64,000 nucleotides of DNA from Squalus acanthias. Its lineage: Eukaryota. Shown piece by piece: positions 28,580 to 43,136 of this stretch (the stretch's first letter is position 1; every line of letters begins with the position of its first letter). Location of the stretch: contig CM059438.1 in the NCBI GenBank assembly GCA_030390025.1, positions 56,236,001 through 56,300,000 of the forward strand, in the 5' to 3' direction. Under the pieces are notes generated by a model. It made no database searches and was not told the DNA's origin. It saw only the letters and a list, made by a program, of their open reading frames with translations. The translations under genes and the position numbers were made by a program.

Positions 28580-31230
28580 CTGACTCTGTGAGCATTATAC
28601 TGACACTGTGAGCATTATACTGACACTGTAAGCATTATACTGACTCTGTGAGAATGATACTGACTCTGTGAGCATTATACTGACTCTGTGAGCATCAACT
28701 GACCCTGTGAGCATTATACTGACTCTGTGAGCATTAACTGACTCTGTGAGAATGATACTGACTCTGTGAGCATTATACTGACACTGTGAGCATTAACTGA
28801 CTCTGTGAGAATGATACTGACTCTGTGAGCATTATACTGACTCTGTGAGCATCAACTGACACTGTGAGCATTATACTGACCCTGTGAGCATTAACTGACT
28901 CTGTGAGAATGATACTGACTCTGTGAGCATTATACTGACACTGTGAGCATTAACTGACTCTGTGAGAATGATACTGACTCTGTGAGCATCAACTGACTCT
29001 GTGAGAAGGATACTGACACTGATCATAATACTGATTCTGTGAGCATTATACTGACTCTGTGAGCATTATACTGACTTTGTGAGAATGATACTGAATCTGT
29101 GAGAATGATACTGACACTGTGAGCATTATACTGACACTGTGAGCCTTATACTGACTCTGTGAGCATTATACTGACACTGTGAGCATTATACTGACAATGT
29201 GAGCATTATACTGACTCTGTGAGAATGATACTGACTCTGTGAACATTATACTGACTCTGTGAGAATGATACTGATTCTGTGAGAATGATACTGACACTGT
29301 GAGCAATATACTGACACTGTGAGAATGATACTGACTCTGTGAGAATGATACTGACTCTGTGAACATTATACTGACTCTGTGAGAATGATACTGACTCTGT
29401 GAGAATGATACTGACTCTGTGAGAATGATACTGACTCTGTGAGAATGATACTGACACTGTGATCATAATACTGACTCTGTGAGAATGAAACTGACTCTGT
29501 GAGAATGATACTGACTCTGTGAGAATGATACTGACTCTGTGAGAATGATACTGATTCTGTGAGAATGATACTGACACTGTGAGCAATATACTGACACTGT
29601 GAGAGTGATACTGACACTGTGAGAATGATACTGACTCTGTGAGCATTATACTGACTCTGTGAGCATTATACTGACACTGTGAGCATTATACTGACACTGT
29701 GAGCATTATACTGACTCTGTGAGAATGATACTGACAGTGTGAGCATTATACCGACTCTGTGAACATTATACTGACTCTGTGAGAATGATACTGACTCTGT
29801 GAGCATTGTACTGACTCTGTGAGAATGATACTGACTCTGTGAGAATGATACTGACTCTGTGAGAATGATACTGACACTGTGAGAATGATACTGACACTGT
29901 GAGCATTATACTGACACTGTGAGAATGATACTGACTCTGTGAGCATTATACTGACTCTGTGAGAATGATACTGACTCTGTGAGCATTATACTGACACTGT
30001 GAGCATTATACTGACACTGTAAGCATTATACTGACTCTGTGAGAATGATACTGACTCTGTGAGCATTATACTGACTCTGTGAGCATCAACTGACCCTGTG
30101 AGCATTATACTGACTCTGTGAGCATTAACTGACTCTGTGAGAATGATACTGACTCTGTGAGCATTATACTGACACTGTGAGCATTAACTGACTCTGTGAG
30201 AATGATACTGACTCTGTGAGCATTATACTGACTCTGTGAGCATCAACTGACACTGTGAGCATTATACTGACCCTGTGAGCATTATACTGACACTGTGAGC
30301 ATTAACTGACTCTGTGAGAATGATACTGACTCTGTGAGCATCAACTGACTCTGTGAGAATGATACTGACACTGATCATAATACTGATTCTGTGAGCATTA
30401 TACTGACTCTGTGAGCATTATACTGACTTTGTGAGAATGATACTGAATCTGTGAGAATGATACTGACACTGTGAGCATTATACTGACACTGTGAGCCTTA
30501 TACTGACTCTGTGAGCATTATACTGACACTGTGAGCATTATACTGACAATGTGAGCATTATACTGACTCTGTGAGAATGATACTGACTCTGTGAACATTA
30601 TACTGACTCTGTGAGAATGATACTGATTCTGTGAGAATGATACTGACACTGTGAGCAATATACTGACACTGTGAGAATGATACTGACTCTGTGAGAATGA
30701 TACTGACTCTGTGAACATTATACTGACTCTGTGAGAATGATACTGACTCTGTGAGAATGATACTGACTCTGTGAGAATGATACTGACTCTGTGAGAATGA
30801 TACTGACACTGTGATCATAATACTGACTCTGTGAGAATGATACTGACTCTGTGAGAATGATACTGACTCTGTGAGAATGATACTGACTCTGTGAGAATGA
30901 TACTGATTCTGTGAGAATGATACTGACACTGTGAGCAATATACTGACACTGTGAGAATGATACTGACACTGTGAGAATGATACTGACTCTGTGAGCATTA
31001 TACTGACTCTGTGAGCATTATACTGACACTGTGAGCATTATACTGACACTGTGAGCATTATACTGACTCTGTGAGAATGATACTGACAGTGTGAGCATTA
31101 TACCGACTCTGTGAACATTATACTGACTCTGTGAGAATGATACTGACTCTGTGAGCATTGTACTGACTCTGTGAGAATGATACTGACTCTGTGAGAATGA
31201 TACTGACTCTGTGAGAATGATACTGACACT
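28580..31230. repeat. Tandem duplication of ~1.35-1.39 kb
   Basis: CACTGTAAGC 28624/30015 (1391); CATTGTACTG 29804/31156 and ORFs 29166/30518 (1352, after a 39-bp dimer indel). Confidence 0.88.
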
Positions 31231-32260
31231 ATGAGAATGATACTGACACTGTGATCATAATACTGACTCTGTGAGAATCATACTGACACTGTGAGAATGA
31301 TACTGACTCTGTGAGTATTATACTGCCACTGTGAGCATTATACTGACAGTGTGAGCATTATACTGACACTGTGAGAATGATACTGACACTGTGAGAATTA
31401 TACTGACACTGTGAGAATGATACTGACACTGTGAGCATTATACTGACACTGTGAGCATTATACTGACACTGTGAGAATGATACTGACACTGTGAACATTA
31501 TACCGACACTGTGAGAATGATACTGACTCTGTGAGCATTCTACTGACTCTGTGAGTATTATACTGACACTTTGAGTATGATCCTGACTCTGTGAGCATTA
31601 TACTGACACTGTGAGAATTATACTGACACTGTGAGCATTATACTGACACTGTGAGAATGATACTGACACTGTGAGAATTATACTGACACTGTGAGAATGA
31701 TACTGACACTGTGAGCATTATACTGACACTGTGAGAATGATACTGACTCTGTGAGCATTCTACTGACTCTGTGAGTATTAAACTGACACTGTGAGAATGA
31801 TACTGACTCTGTGAGCATTATACTGACTTTGTGAGAATGATACTGATTCTGTGAGCATTATACTGACTCTGTGAGCATTATACTGACACTGTGAGCATTA
31901 ACTGACTCTGTGAGAATGATACTGACTCTGTGAGCATTATACTGATTCTGTGAGCATCAACTGACACTGTGAGCATTATACTGACCCTGTGAGCATTAAC
32001 TGACTCTGTGAGAATGATACTGACTCTGTGAGCATTATACTGACACTGTGAGCATTAACTGACTCTGTGAGATTGATACTGACTCTGTGAGCATCAACTG
32101 ACTCTGTGAGAATGATACTGACACTGATCATAATACTGATTCTGTGAGCATTATACTGACTCTGTGAGCATTATACTGACTTTGTGAGAATGATACTGAA
32201 TCTGTGAGAATGATACTGACACTGTGAGCATTATACTGACACTGTGAGCCTTATACTGAC

Positions 32261-32926
32261 TCTGTGAGAATGATACTGACACTGTGTGCATTATACTGAC
32301 TCTGTGAGAATTATACTGACACTGTGAGCATTATACTGACAATGTGAGCATTATACTGACTCTGTGAGAATGATACTGACTCTGTGAGAATGATACTGAC
32401 TCTGTGAACATTATACTGATTCTGTGAGAATGATACTGACTCTGTGAGAATGATACTGACTCTGTGAGAATGATACTGACTCCGTGAGCATTATACTGAC
32501 ACTGTGAGCATTATACTGACTCTGTGAGCATTCTACTGACTCTGTGAGTATTATACTGACTCTGTGAGAATGATACTGACTCTGTGAGAATGATACTGAC
32601 ACTGTGTGCATTATACTGACTCTGTGAGAATTATACTGACACTGTGAGCATTATACTGACAATGTGAGCATTATACTGACTCTGTGAGAATGATACTGAC
32701 TCTGTGAGAATGATACTGACTCTGTGAACATTATACTGATTCTGTGAGAATGATACTGACTCTGTGAGAATGATACTGACTCTGTGAGAATGATACTGAC
32801 TCCGTGAGCATTATACTGACACTGTGAGCATTATACTGACTCTGTGAGCATTCTACTGACTCTGTGAGTATTATACTGACTCTGTGAGAATGATACTGAC
32901 TCTGTGAGAATGATACTGACACTGTG
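32261..32926. repeat. Tandem duplication of a 320-bp (16-monomer) unit
   Basis: ACTGTGTGCA at 32281/32601, TCCGTGAGCA at 32481/32801, ORFs 32411/32731. Confidence 0.9.
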
Positions 32927-35900
32927 ATCATAATACTGACTCTGTGAGAATGATACTGACCCTGTGAGAATGATACTGACTCTGTGAGAATGATACTGAC
33001 TCTGTGAGAATGATACTGATTCTGTGAGAATGATACTGACACTGTGATCGTAATACTGACTCTGTGAGAATGATACTGACTCTGTGAGAATGATACTGAC
33101 TCCGTGAGCATTATACTGACACTGTGAGCATTATACTGACTCTGTGAGCATTCTACTGACTCTGTGAGTATTATACTGACTCTGTGAGCATTATACTGAC
33201 ACTGTGAGAATGATACTGACTCTGTGAGCTTTATACTGACTCTGTGAGAATGATACTGATTCTGTGAGCATTATACTGACTCTGTGAGCAGTATACTGAC
33301 TCTGTGAGCATTATACTGACTCTGTGAGCATTATACTGACTCTGTGAGCGTTAACTGACTCTGTGAGAATGATACTGATTCTGTGAGCATTATACTGACA
33401 CTGTGAGCATTATACTGACAATGTGAGCATTATACGGACACTGTGAGAATGATACTGACACTGTGAGCATTATACTGACACTGTGAGAATGATACTGACT
33501 CTGTGAGCATTATACTGACACTGTGAGCATTATACTGACACTGTGAGCATTATACTGACACTGTGAGCATTATACTGACAATGTGAGCATTATACTGACG
33601 TTGTGATCATTATACTGACTCTGTGAGCATTATACTGACTCTGTGAGCATTATACTGACTCTGTGAGCATCAACTGACCCTGTGAGAATGATACTGACAC
33701 TGTGAGCATTATACTGACAATGTGAACATTAACTGACTCTGTGAGAATGATACTGACTCTGTGAGCATTATACTGACACTGTGAGCAATATACTGACACT
33801 GTGAGAATGATACTGACACTGTGAGAATGATACTGACTCTATGAGCATTATACTGACTCTGTGAGCATTATACTGACACTGTGAGCATTATACTGACACT
33901 GTGAGCATTATACTGACTCTGTGAGAATGATACTGACAGTGTGAGCATTATACTGACTCTGTGAACATTATACTGACTCTGTGAGAATGATACTGACTCT
34001 GTGAGCATTATACTGACTCTGTGAGAATGATACTGACTCTGTGAGAATGATACTGACTCTGTGAGAATGATACTGACACTGTGAGAATTATACTGCTACT
34101 GTGAGCATTATACTGACAGTGTGAGCATTATACTGACACTGTGAGAATGATACTGACACTGTGAGAATTATACTGACACTGTGAGAATGATACTGACACT
34201 GTGAGCATTATACTGACACTGTGAGCATTATACTGACACTGTGAGAATGATTCTGACACTGTGAACATGATACTGACACTGTGAGAATGATACTGACTCT
34301 GTGAGCATTCTACTGACTCTGTGAGTATTATACTGACTCTTTGAGTATGATCCTGACTCTGTGAGCATTATACTGACACTGTGAGAATTATACTGACACT
34401 GTGAGCATTATACTGACACTGTGAGAATGATACTGACACTGTGAGAATTATACTGACACTGTGAGAATGATACTGACACTGTGAGCATTATACTGACACT
34501 GTGAGAATGATACTGACTCTGTGAGCATTCTACTGACTCTGTGAGTATTATACTGACACTGTGAGATTGATACTGACTCTGTGAGCATTATACTGCCTCT
34601 GTGAGAATGATACTGATTCTGTGAGCATTATACTGACTCTGTGAGCATTATACTGACACTGTGAGCATTAACTGACTCTGTGAGAATGATACTGACACTG
34701 TGAGCATTATACTGACACTGTGAGCAATATACTGACACTGTGAGAATGATACTGACTCTGTGAGCATTATACTGACTCTGTGAGCATTATACTGACACTG
34801 TGAGCATTATACTGACACTGTGAGCATTATACTGACTCTGTGAGAATGATACTGACATTGTGAGCATTATACTGACTCTGTGAACATTATACTGACTCTG
34901 TGAGAATGATACTGACTCTGTGAGCATTATACTGACTCTGTGAGAATGATACTGACTCTGTGAGAATGATACTGACTCTGTGAGAATGATACTGACACTA
35001 TGAGAATGATACTGACACTGTGATCATAATACTGACTCTGTGAGAATCATACTGACACTGAGAATGATACTGACTCTGTGAGTATTATACTGCCACTGTG
35101 AGCATTATACTGACAGTGTGAGCATTATACTGACACTGTGAGAATGATACTGACACTGTGAGAATTATACTGACACTGTGAGAATGATACTGACACTGTG
35201 AGCATTATACTGACACTGTGAGCATTATACTGACACTGTGAGAATGATACTGACACTGTGAACATTATACTGACACTGTGAGAATGGTACTGACTCTGTG
35301 AGCATTCTACTGACTCTGTGAGTATTATACTGACACTTTGAGTATGATCCTGACTCTGTGAGCATTATACTGACTCTGTGAGAATGATACTGATTCTGTG
35401 AGCATTATACTGACTCTGTGAGCATTATACTGACACTGTGAGCATTAACTGACTCTGTGAGAATGATACTGACTCTGTGAGCATTATACTGACTCTGTGA
35501 GCATCAACTGACACTGTGAGCATTATACTGACCCTGTGAGCATTAACTTACTCTGTGAGAATGATACTGACTCTGTGAGCATTATACTGACACTGTGAGC
35601 ATTAACTGACTCTGTGAGAATGATACTGACTCTGTGAGCATCAACTGACTCTGTGAGAATGATACTGACACTGATCATAATACTGATTCTGTGAGCATTA
35701 TACTGACTCTGTGAGCATTATACTGACTTTGTGAGAATGATACTGAATCTGTGAGAATGATACTGACACTGTGAGCATTATACTGACACTGTGAGCCTTA
35801 TACTGACTCTGTGAGCTTTATACTGACACTGTGAGCATTATACTGACAATGTGAGCATTATACTGACAATGTGAGCATTATACTGACTCTGTGAGAATGA

Positions 35901-38479
35901 TACTGACTCTGTGAGCACTATACTGACTCTGTGAGCATCAACTGACACTGTGAGCATTATACTGACCCTGTGAGCATTAACTGACTCTGTGAGAATGATA
36001 CTGACTCTGTGAGCATTATACTGACACTGTGAGCATTAACTGACTCTGTGAGAATGATACTGACTCTGTGAGCATCAACTGACTTTGTGAGAATGATACT
36101 GACACTGATCATAATACTGATTCTGTGAGCATTATACTGACTCTGTGAGCATTATACTGACTTTGTGAGAATGATACTGAATCTGTGAGAATGATACTGA
36201 CACTGTGAGCATTATACTGACACTGTGAGCCTTATACTGACTCTGTGAGAATGATACTGACTCTGTGAGCATTATACTGACTCTGTGAGAATGATACTGA
36301 CACTGTGTGCATTATACTGACTCTGTGAGAATTATACTGACACTGTGAGCATTATACTGACAATGTGAGAATTATACTGACTCTGTGAGAATGATACTGA
36401 CTCTGTGAGAATGATACTGACTCTGTGAGAATGATACTGACTCCGTGAGCATTATACTGACACTGTGAGCATTATACTGACTCTGTGAGAATGATACTGA
36501 CTCTGTGAGAATGATACTGACTCTGTGAGAATGATACTGACTCTGTGAGAATGATATTGATTCTGTGAGAATGATACTGACACTGTGATCGTAATACTGA
36601 CTCTGTGAGAATGATACTGACTCTGTGAGAATGATACTGACTCCGTGAGCATTATACTGACACTGTGAGCATTATACTGACTCTGTGAGCATTCTACTGA
36701 CTCTGTGAGTATTATACTGACTCTGTGAGCATTATACTGACACTGTGAGAATGATACTGACTCTGTGAGCTTTATACTGACTCTGTGAGAATGATACTGA
36801 TTCTGTGAGCATTATACTGACTCTGTGAGCAGTATACTGACTCTGTGAGCATTATACTGACTCTGTGAGCATTATACTGACTCTGTGAGCGTTAACTGAC
36901 TCTGTGAGAATGATACTGATTCTGTGAGCATTATACCGACACTGTGAGCATTATACTGACAATGTGAGCATTATACGGACACTGTGAGAATGATACTGAC
37001 ACTGTGAGCATTATACTGACACTGTGAGAATGATACTGACTCTGTGAGCATTATACTGACACTGTGAGCATTATACTGACACTGTGAGCATTATACTGAC
37101 ACTGTGAGCATTATACTGACAATGTGAGCATTATACTGACGTTGTGAGCATTATACTGACTCTGTGAGCATTATACTGACTCTGTGAGCATTATACTGAC
37201 TCTGTGAGCATCAACTGACCCTGTGAGAATGATACTGACACTGTGAGCATTATACTGACCCTGTGAGCATTAACTGACTCTGTGAGAATGATACTGACTC
37301 TGTGAGAATTATACTGACACTGTGAGCAATATACTGACACTGTGAGAATGATACTGACACTGTGAGAATGATACTGACTCTGTGAGCATTATACTGACTC
37401 TGTGAGCATTATACTGACACTGTGAGCATTATACTGACACTGGGAGCATTATACTGACTCTGTGAGAATGATACTGACAGTGTGAGCATTATACTGACTC
37501 TGTGAACATTATACTGACTCTGTGAGAATGATACTGACTCTGTGAGCATTATACTGACTCTGTGAGAATGATACTGACTCTGTGAGAATGATACTGACTC
37601 TGTGAGAATGATACTGACACTATGAGAATGATACTGACACTGTGATCATAATACTGACTCTGTGAGAATCATACTGACACTGTGAGAATGATACTGACTC
37701 TGTGAGTATTATACTGCCACTGTGAGCATTATACTGACAGTGTGAGCATTATACTGACACTGTGAGAATGATACTGACGCTGTGAGAATTATACTGACAC
37801 TGTGAGAATGATACTGACACTGTGAGCATTATACTGACACTGTGAGCATTATACTGACACTGTGAGAATGATACTGACACTGTGAACATTATACTGACAC
37901 TGTGAGAATGATACTGACTCTGTGAGTATTCTACTGACTCTGTGAGTATTATACTGACACTTTGAGTAGGATCCTGACTCTGTGAGCATTATACTGACAC
38001 TGTGAGAATTATACTGACACTGTGAGCATTATACTGACACTGTGAGAATGATACTGACACTGTGAGAATGATACTGACACTGTGAGAATGATACTGACAC
38101 TGTGAGCATTATACCGACACTGTTAGAATGATACTGACTCTGTGAGCATTCTACTGACTCTGTGAGTATTATACTGACACTGTGAGAATGATACTGACTC
38201 TGTGAGCATTATACTGACTCTGTGAGAATGATACTGATTCTGTGAGCATTATACTGACTCTGTGAGCATTATACTGACTTTGTGAGAATGATACTGAATC
38301 TGTGAGAATGATACTGACACTGTGAGCATTATACTGACACTGCGAGCCTTATACTGACTCTGTGAGCATTATACTGACACTGTGAGCATTATACTGACAA
38401 TGTGAGCATTATACTGACTCTGTGAGAATGATACTGACTCTGTGAGCATCAACTGACACTGTGAGCATTATACTGACCC

Positions 38480-41400
38480 TGTGAGCATTAACTGACTCTG
38501 TGAGAATGATACTGACTCTGTGAGCATTATACTGACACTGTGAGCATTAACTGACTCTGTGAGAATGATACTGACTCTGTGAGCATCAACTGACTTTGTG
38601 AGAATGATACTGACACTGATCATAATACTGATTCTGTGAGCATTATACTGACACTGTGAGCATTATACTGACAATGTGAGCATTATACGGACACTGTGAG
38701 AATGATACTGACACTGTGAGCATTATACTGACACTGTGAGAATGATACTGACTCTGTGAGCATTCTACTGACTCTGTGAGCATTATACTGACTCTGTGAG
38801 CATTATACTGACTTTGTGAGAATGGTACTGAATCTGTGAGAATGATACTGACATTGTGAGCATTATACTGACAATGTGAGCATTATACTGACTCTGTGAG
38901 AATGATACTGACTCTGTGAGCATTATACTGACTCTGTGAGCATCAACTGACACTGTGAGCATTATACTGACCCTGTGAGCATTAACTGACTCTGTGAGAA
39001 TGATACAGACTCTGTGAGCATTATACTGACACTGTGAGCATTAACTGACTCTGTGAGAATGATACTGACTCTCTGAGCATCAACTGACTTTGTGAGAATG
39101 AGACTGACACTGATCATAATACCGATTCTGTGAGCATTATACTGACTCTGTGAGCATTATACTGCCTTTGTGAGAATGATACTGAATCTGTGAGAATGAT
39201 ACTGACACTGTGAGCATTATACTGACACTGTGAGCCTTATACTGACTCTGTGAGAATGATACTGACTCTGTGAGCATTATACTGACTCTGTGAGAATGAT
39301 ACTGACACTGTGTGCATTATACTGACTCTGTGAGAATTATACTGACACTGTGAGCATTATACTGACAATGTGAGCATTATACTGACTCTGTGAGAATGAT
39401 ACTGACTCTGTGAGCATTATACTGACACTCTGAGCATTATACTGACTCTGTGAGAATGATACTGACTCTGTGAGAATGATACTGACTCTGTGAACATTAT
39501 ACTGACTCTGTGAGAATGATACTGACTCTGTGAGAATGATACTGACTCTGTGAGAATGATACTGACTCTGTGAGAATGATACTGACACTGTGATCATAAT
39601 ACTGACTCTGTGAGAATGATACTGACTCTGTGAGAATGATACTGACTCTGTGAGAATGATACTGACTCCGTGAGCATTATACTGACACTGTGAGCATTAT
39701 ACTGACTCTGTGAGCATTCTACTGACTCTGTGAGTATTATACTGACTCTGTGACCATTATACTGACACTGTGAGAATGATACTGACTCTGTGAGCATTAT
39801 ACTGACTCTGTGAGAATGATACTGGTTCTGTGAGCATTATACTGACTCTGTGAGCAGTATACTGACTCTGTGAGCATTATACTGACTCTGTGAGCATTAT
39901 ACTGACTCTGTGAGCGTTAACTGACTCTGTGAGAATGATACTGATTCTGTGAGCATTATACTGACACTGTGAGCATTATACTGACAATGTGAGCATTATA
40001 CGGACACTGTGAGAATGATACTGACACTGTGAGCATTATACTGACACTGTGAGAATGATACTGACTCTGTGAGCATTATACTGACACTGTGAGCATTATA
40101 CTGACACTGTGAGCATTATACTGACACTGTGAGCATTATACTGACAATGTGAGCATTATACTGACACTGTGAGCATTATACTGACTCTGTGAGCATCAAC
40201 TGACCCTGTGAGCATTATACTGACTCTGTGAGCATTAACTGATTCTGTGAGAATGATACTGACATTGTGAGCATTATACTGACCCTGTGAGCATTAACTG
40301 ACTCTGTGAGAATGATACTGACTCTGTGAGCATTATACTGACACTGTGAGCATTAACTGACTCTGTGAGAATGATACTGACTCTGTGAGCATTATACAGA
40401 CTCTGTGAGCATTAAGTGACTCTGTGAGAATGATACTGACGCTGTGAGCATTATACTGACTCTGTGAGCATTAACTGACTCTGTGAGAATGATACTGACT
40501 CTGTGAGCATTATACTGACTCTGTGAGCATTATACTGACTCTGTGAGCATTAACTGACTCTGTGAGAATGATACTGACTCTGCGAGCATTATACTGACTC
40601 TGTGAGCATTATACTGACTCTGTGAGCATCAACTGACCCTGTGAGCATTATACTGACTCTGTGAGCATTAACTGACTCTGTGAGAATGATACTGACACTG
40701 TGAGCATTATACTGACACTATGAGAATGATACTGACACTGTGAGCATTATACTGACACTGTGAGCATTATACTGACACTGTGAGAATGATACTGACACTA
40801 TGAGAATGATACTGACACTGTGATCATAATACTGACTCTGTGAGAATCATACTGACACTGAGAATGATACTGACTCTGTGAGTATTATACTGCCACTGTG
40901 AGCATTAACTGACTCTGTGAGAATGATACTGACTCTGTGAGCATTATACTGACACTGTGAGCATTAACTGACTCTGTGAGAATGATACTGACTCTGTGAG
41001 CATCAACTGACTTTGTGAGAATGATACTGACACTGATCATAATACTGATTCTGTGAGCATTATACTGACACTGTGAGCATTATACTGACAATGTGAGCAT
41101 TATACGGACACTGTGAGAATGATACTGACACTGTGAGCATTATACTGACACTGTGAGAATGATACTGACTCTGTGAGCATTCTACTGACTCTGTGAGCAT
41201 TATACTGACTCTGTGAGCATTATACTGACTTTGTGAGAATGGTACTGAATCTGTGAGAATGATACTGACATTGTGAGCATTATACTGACAATGTGAGCAT
41301 TATACTGACTCTGTGAGAATGATACTGACTCTGTGAGCATTATACTGACTCTGTGAGCATCAACTGACACTGTGAGCATTATACTGACCCTGTGAGCATT

Positions 41401-43136
41401 AACTGACTCTGTGAGAATGATACAGACTCTGTGAGCATTATACTGACACTGTGAGCATTAACTGACTCTGTGAGAATGATACTGACTCTCTGAGCATCAA
41501 CTGACTTTGTGAGAATGATACTGACACTGATCATAATACCGATTCTGTGAGCATTATACTGACTCTGTGAGCATTATACTGCCTTTGTGAGAATGATACT
41601 GAATCTGTGAGAATGATACTGACACTGTGAGCATTATACTGACACTGTGAGCCTTATACTGACTCTGTGAGAATGATACTGACTCTGTGAGCATTATACT
41701 GACTCTGTGAGAATGATACTGACACTGTGTGCATTATACTGACTCTGTGAGAATTATACTGACACTGTGAGCATTATACTGACAATGTGAGCATTATACT
41801 GACTCTGTGAGAATGATACTGACTCTGTGAGCATTATACTGACACTCTGAGCATTATACTGACTCTGTGAGAATGATACTGACTCTGTGAGAATGATACT
41901 GACTCTGTGAACATTATACTGACTCTGTGAGAATGATACTGACTCTGTGAGAATGATACTGACTCTGTGAGTATGATACTGACTCTGTGAGAATGATACT
42001 GACACTGTGATCATAATACTGACTCTGTGAGAATGATACTGACTCTGTGAGAATGATACTGACTCTGTGAGAATGATACTGACTCCGTGAGCATTATACT
42101 GACACTGTGAGCATTATACTGACTCTGTGAGCATTCTACTGACTCTGTGAGTATTATACTGACTCTGTGACCATTATACTGACACTGTGAGAATGATACT
42201 GACTCTGTGAGCATTATACTGACTCTGTGAGAATTATACTGGTTCTGTGAGCATTATACTGACTCTGTGAGCAGTATACTGACTCTGTGAGCATTATACT
42301 GACTCTGTGAGCATTATACTGACTCTGTGAGCGTTAACTGACTCTGTGAGAATGATACTGATTCTGTGAGCATTATACTGACACTGTGAGCATTATACTG
42401 ACAATGTGAGCATTATACGGACACTGTGAGAATGATACTGACACTGTGAGCATTATACTGACACTGTGAGAATGATACTGACTCTGTGAGCATTATACTG
42501 ACACTGTGAGCATTATACTGACACTGTGAGCATTATACTGACACTGTGAGCATTATACTGACAATGTGAGCATTATACTGACACTGTGAGCATTATACTG
42601 ACTCTGTGAGCATCAACTGACCCTGTGAGCATTATACTGACTCTGTGAGCATTAACTGATTCTGTGAGAATGATACTGACATTGTGAGCATTATACTGAC
42701 CCTGTGAGCATTAACTGACTCTGTGAGAATGATACTGACTCTGTGAGCATTATACTGACACTGTGAGCATTAACTGACTCTGTGAGAATGATACTGACTC
42801 TGTGAGCATTATACAGACTCTGTGAGCATTAAGTGACTCTGTGAGAATGATACTGACGCTGTGAGCATTATACTGACTCTGTGAGCATTAACTGACTCTG
42901 TGAGAATGATACTGACTCTGTGAGCATTATACTGACTCTGTGAGCATTATACTGACTCTGTGAGCATTAACTGACTCTGTGAGAATGATACTGACTCTGC
43001 GAGCATTATACTGACTCTGTGAGCATTATACTGACTCTGTGAGCATCAACTGACCCTGTGAGCATTATACTGACTCTGTGAGCATTAACTGACTCTGTGA
43101 GAATGATACTGACACTGTGAGCATTATACTGACACT
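38480..43136. repeat. Near-tandem duplication, period 2417 bp (38480-40719 repeated at 40897-43136)
   Basis: AATGGTACTGAATC 38821/41238, ATTAAGTGAC 40411/42828, ORFs 39337/41754. About three substitutions noticed between copies. Confidence 0.93.

Larger units (their letters stand above)
13057..29393. repeat. Large direct duplication: ~13057-19540 repeated at ~22970-29393 (offset 9913, drifting to 9933 and 9853)
   Basis: GTGACC 13814/23727 and ORFs 15784/25697 (9913); ORFs 18045/27978 (9933) and 19313/29166 (9853). Offset changes are multiples of 20. Confidence 0.9.
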
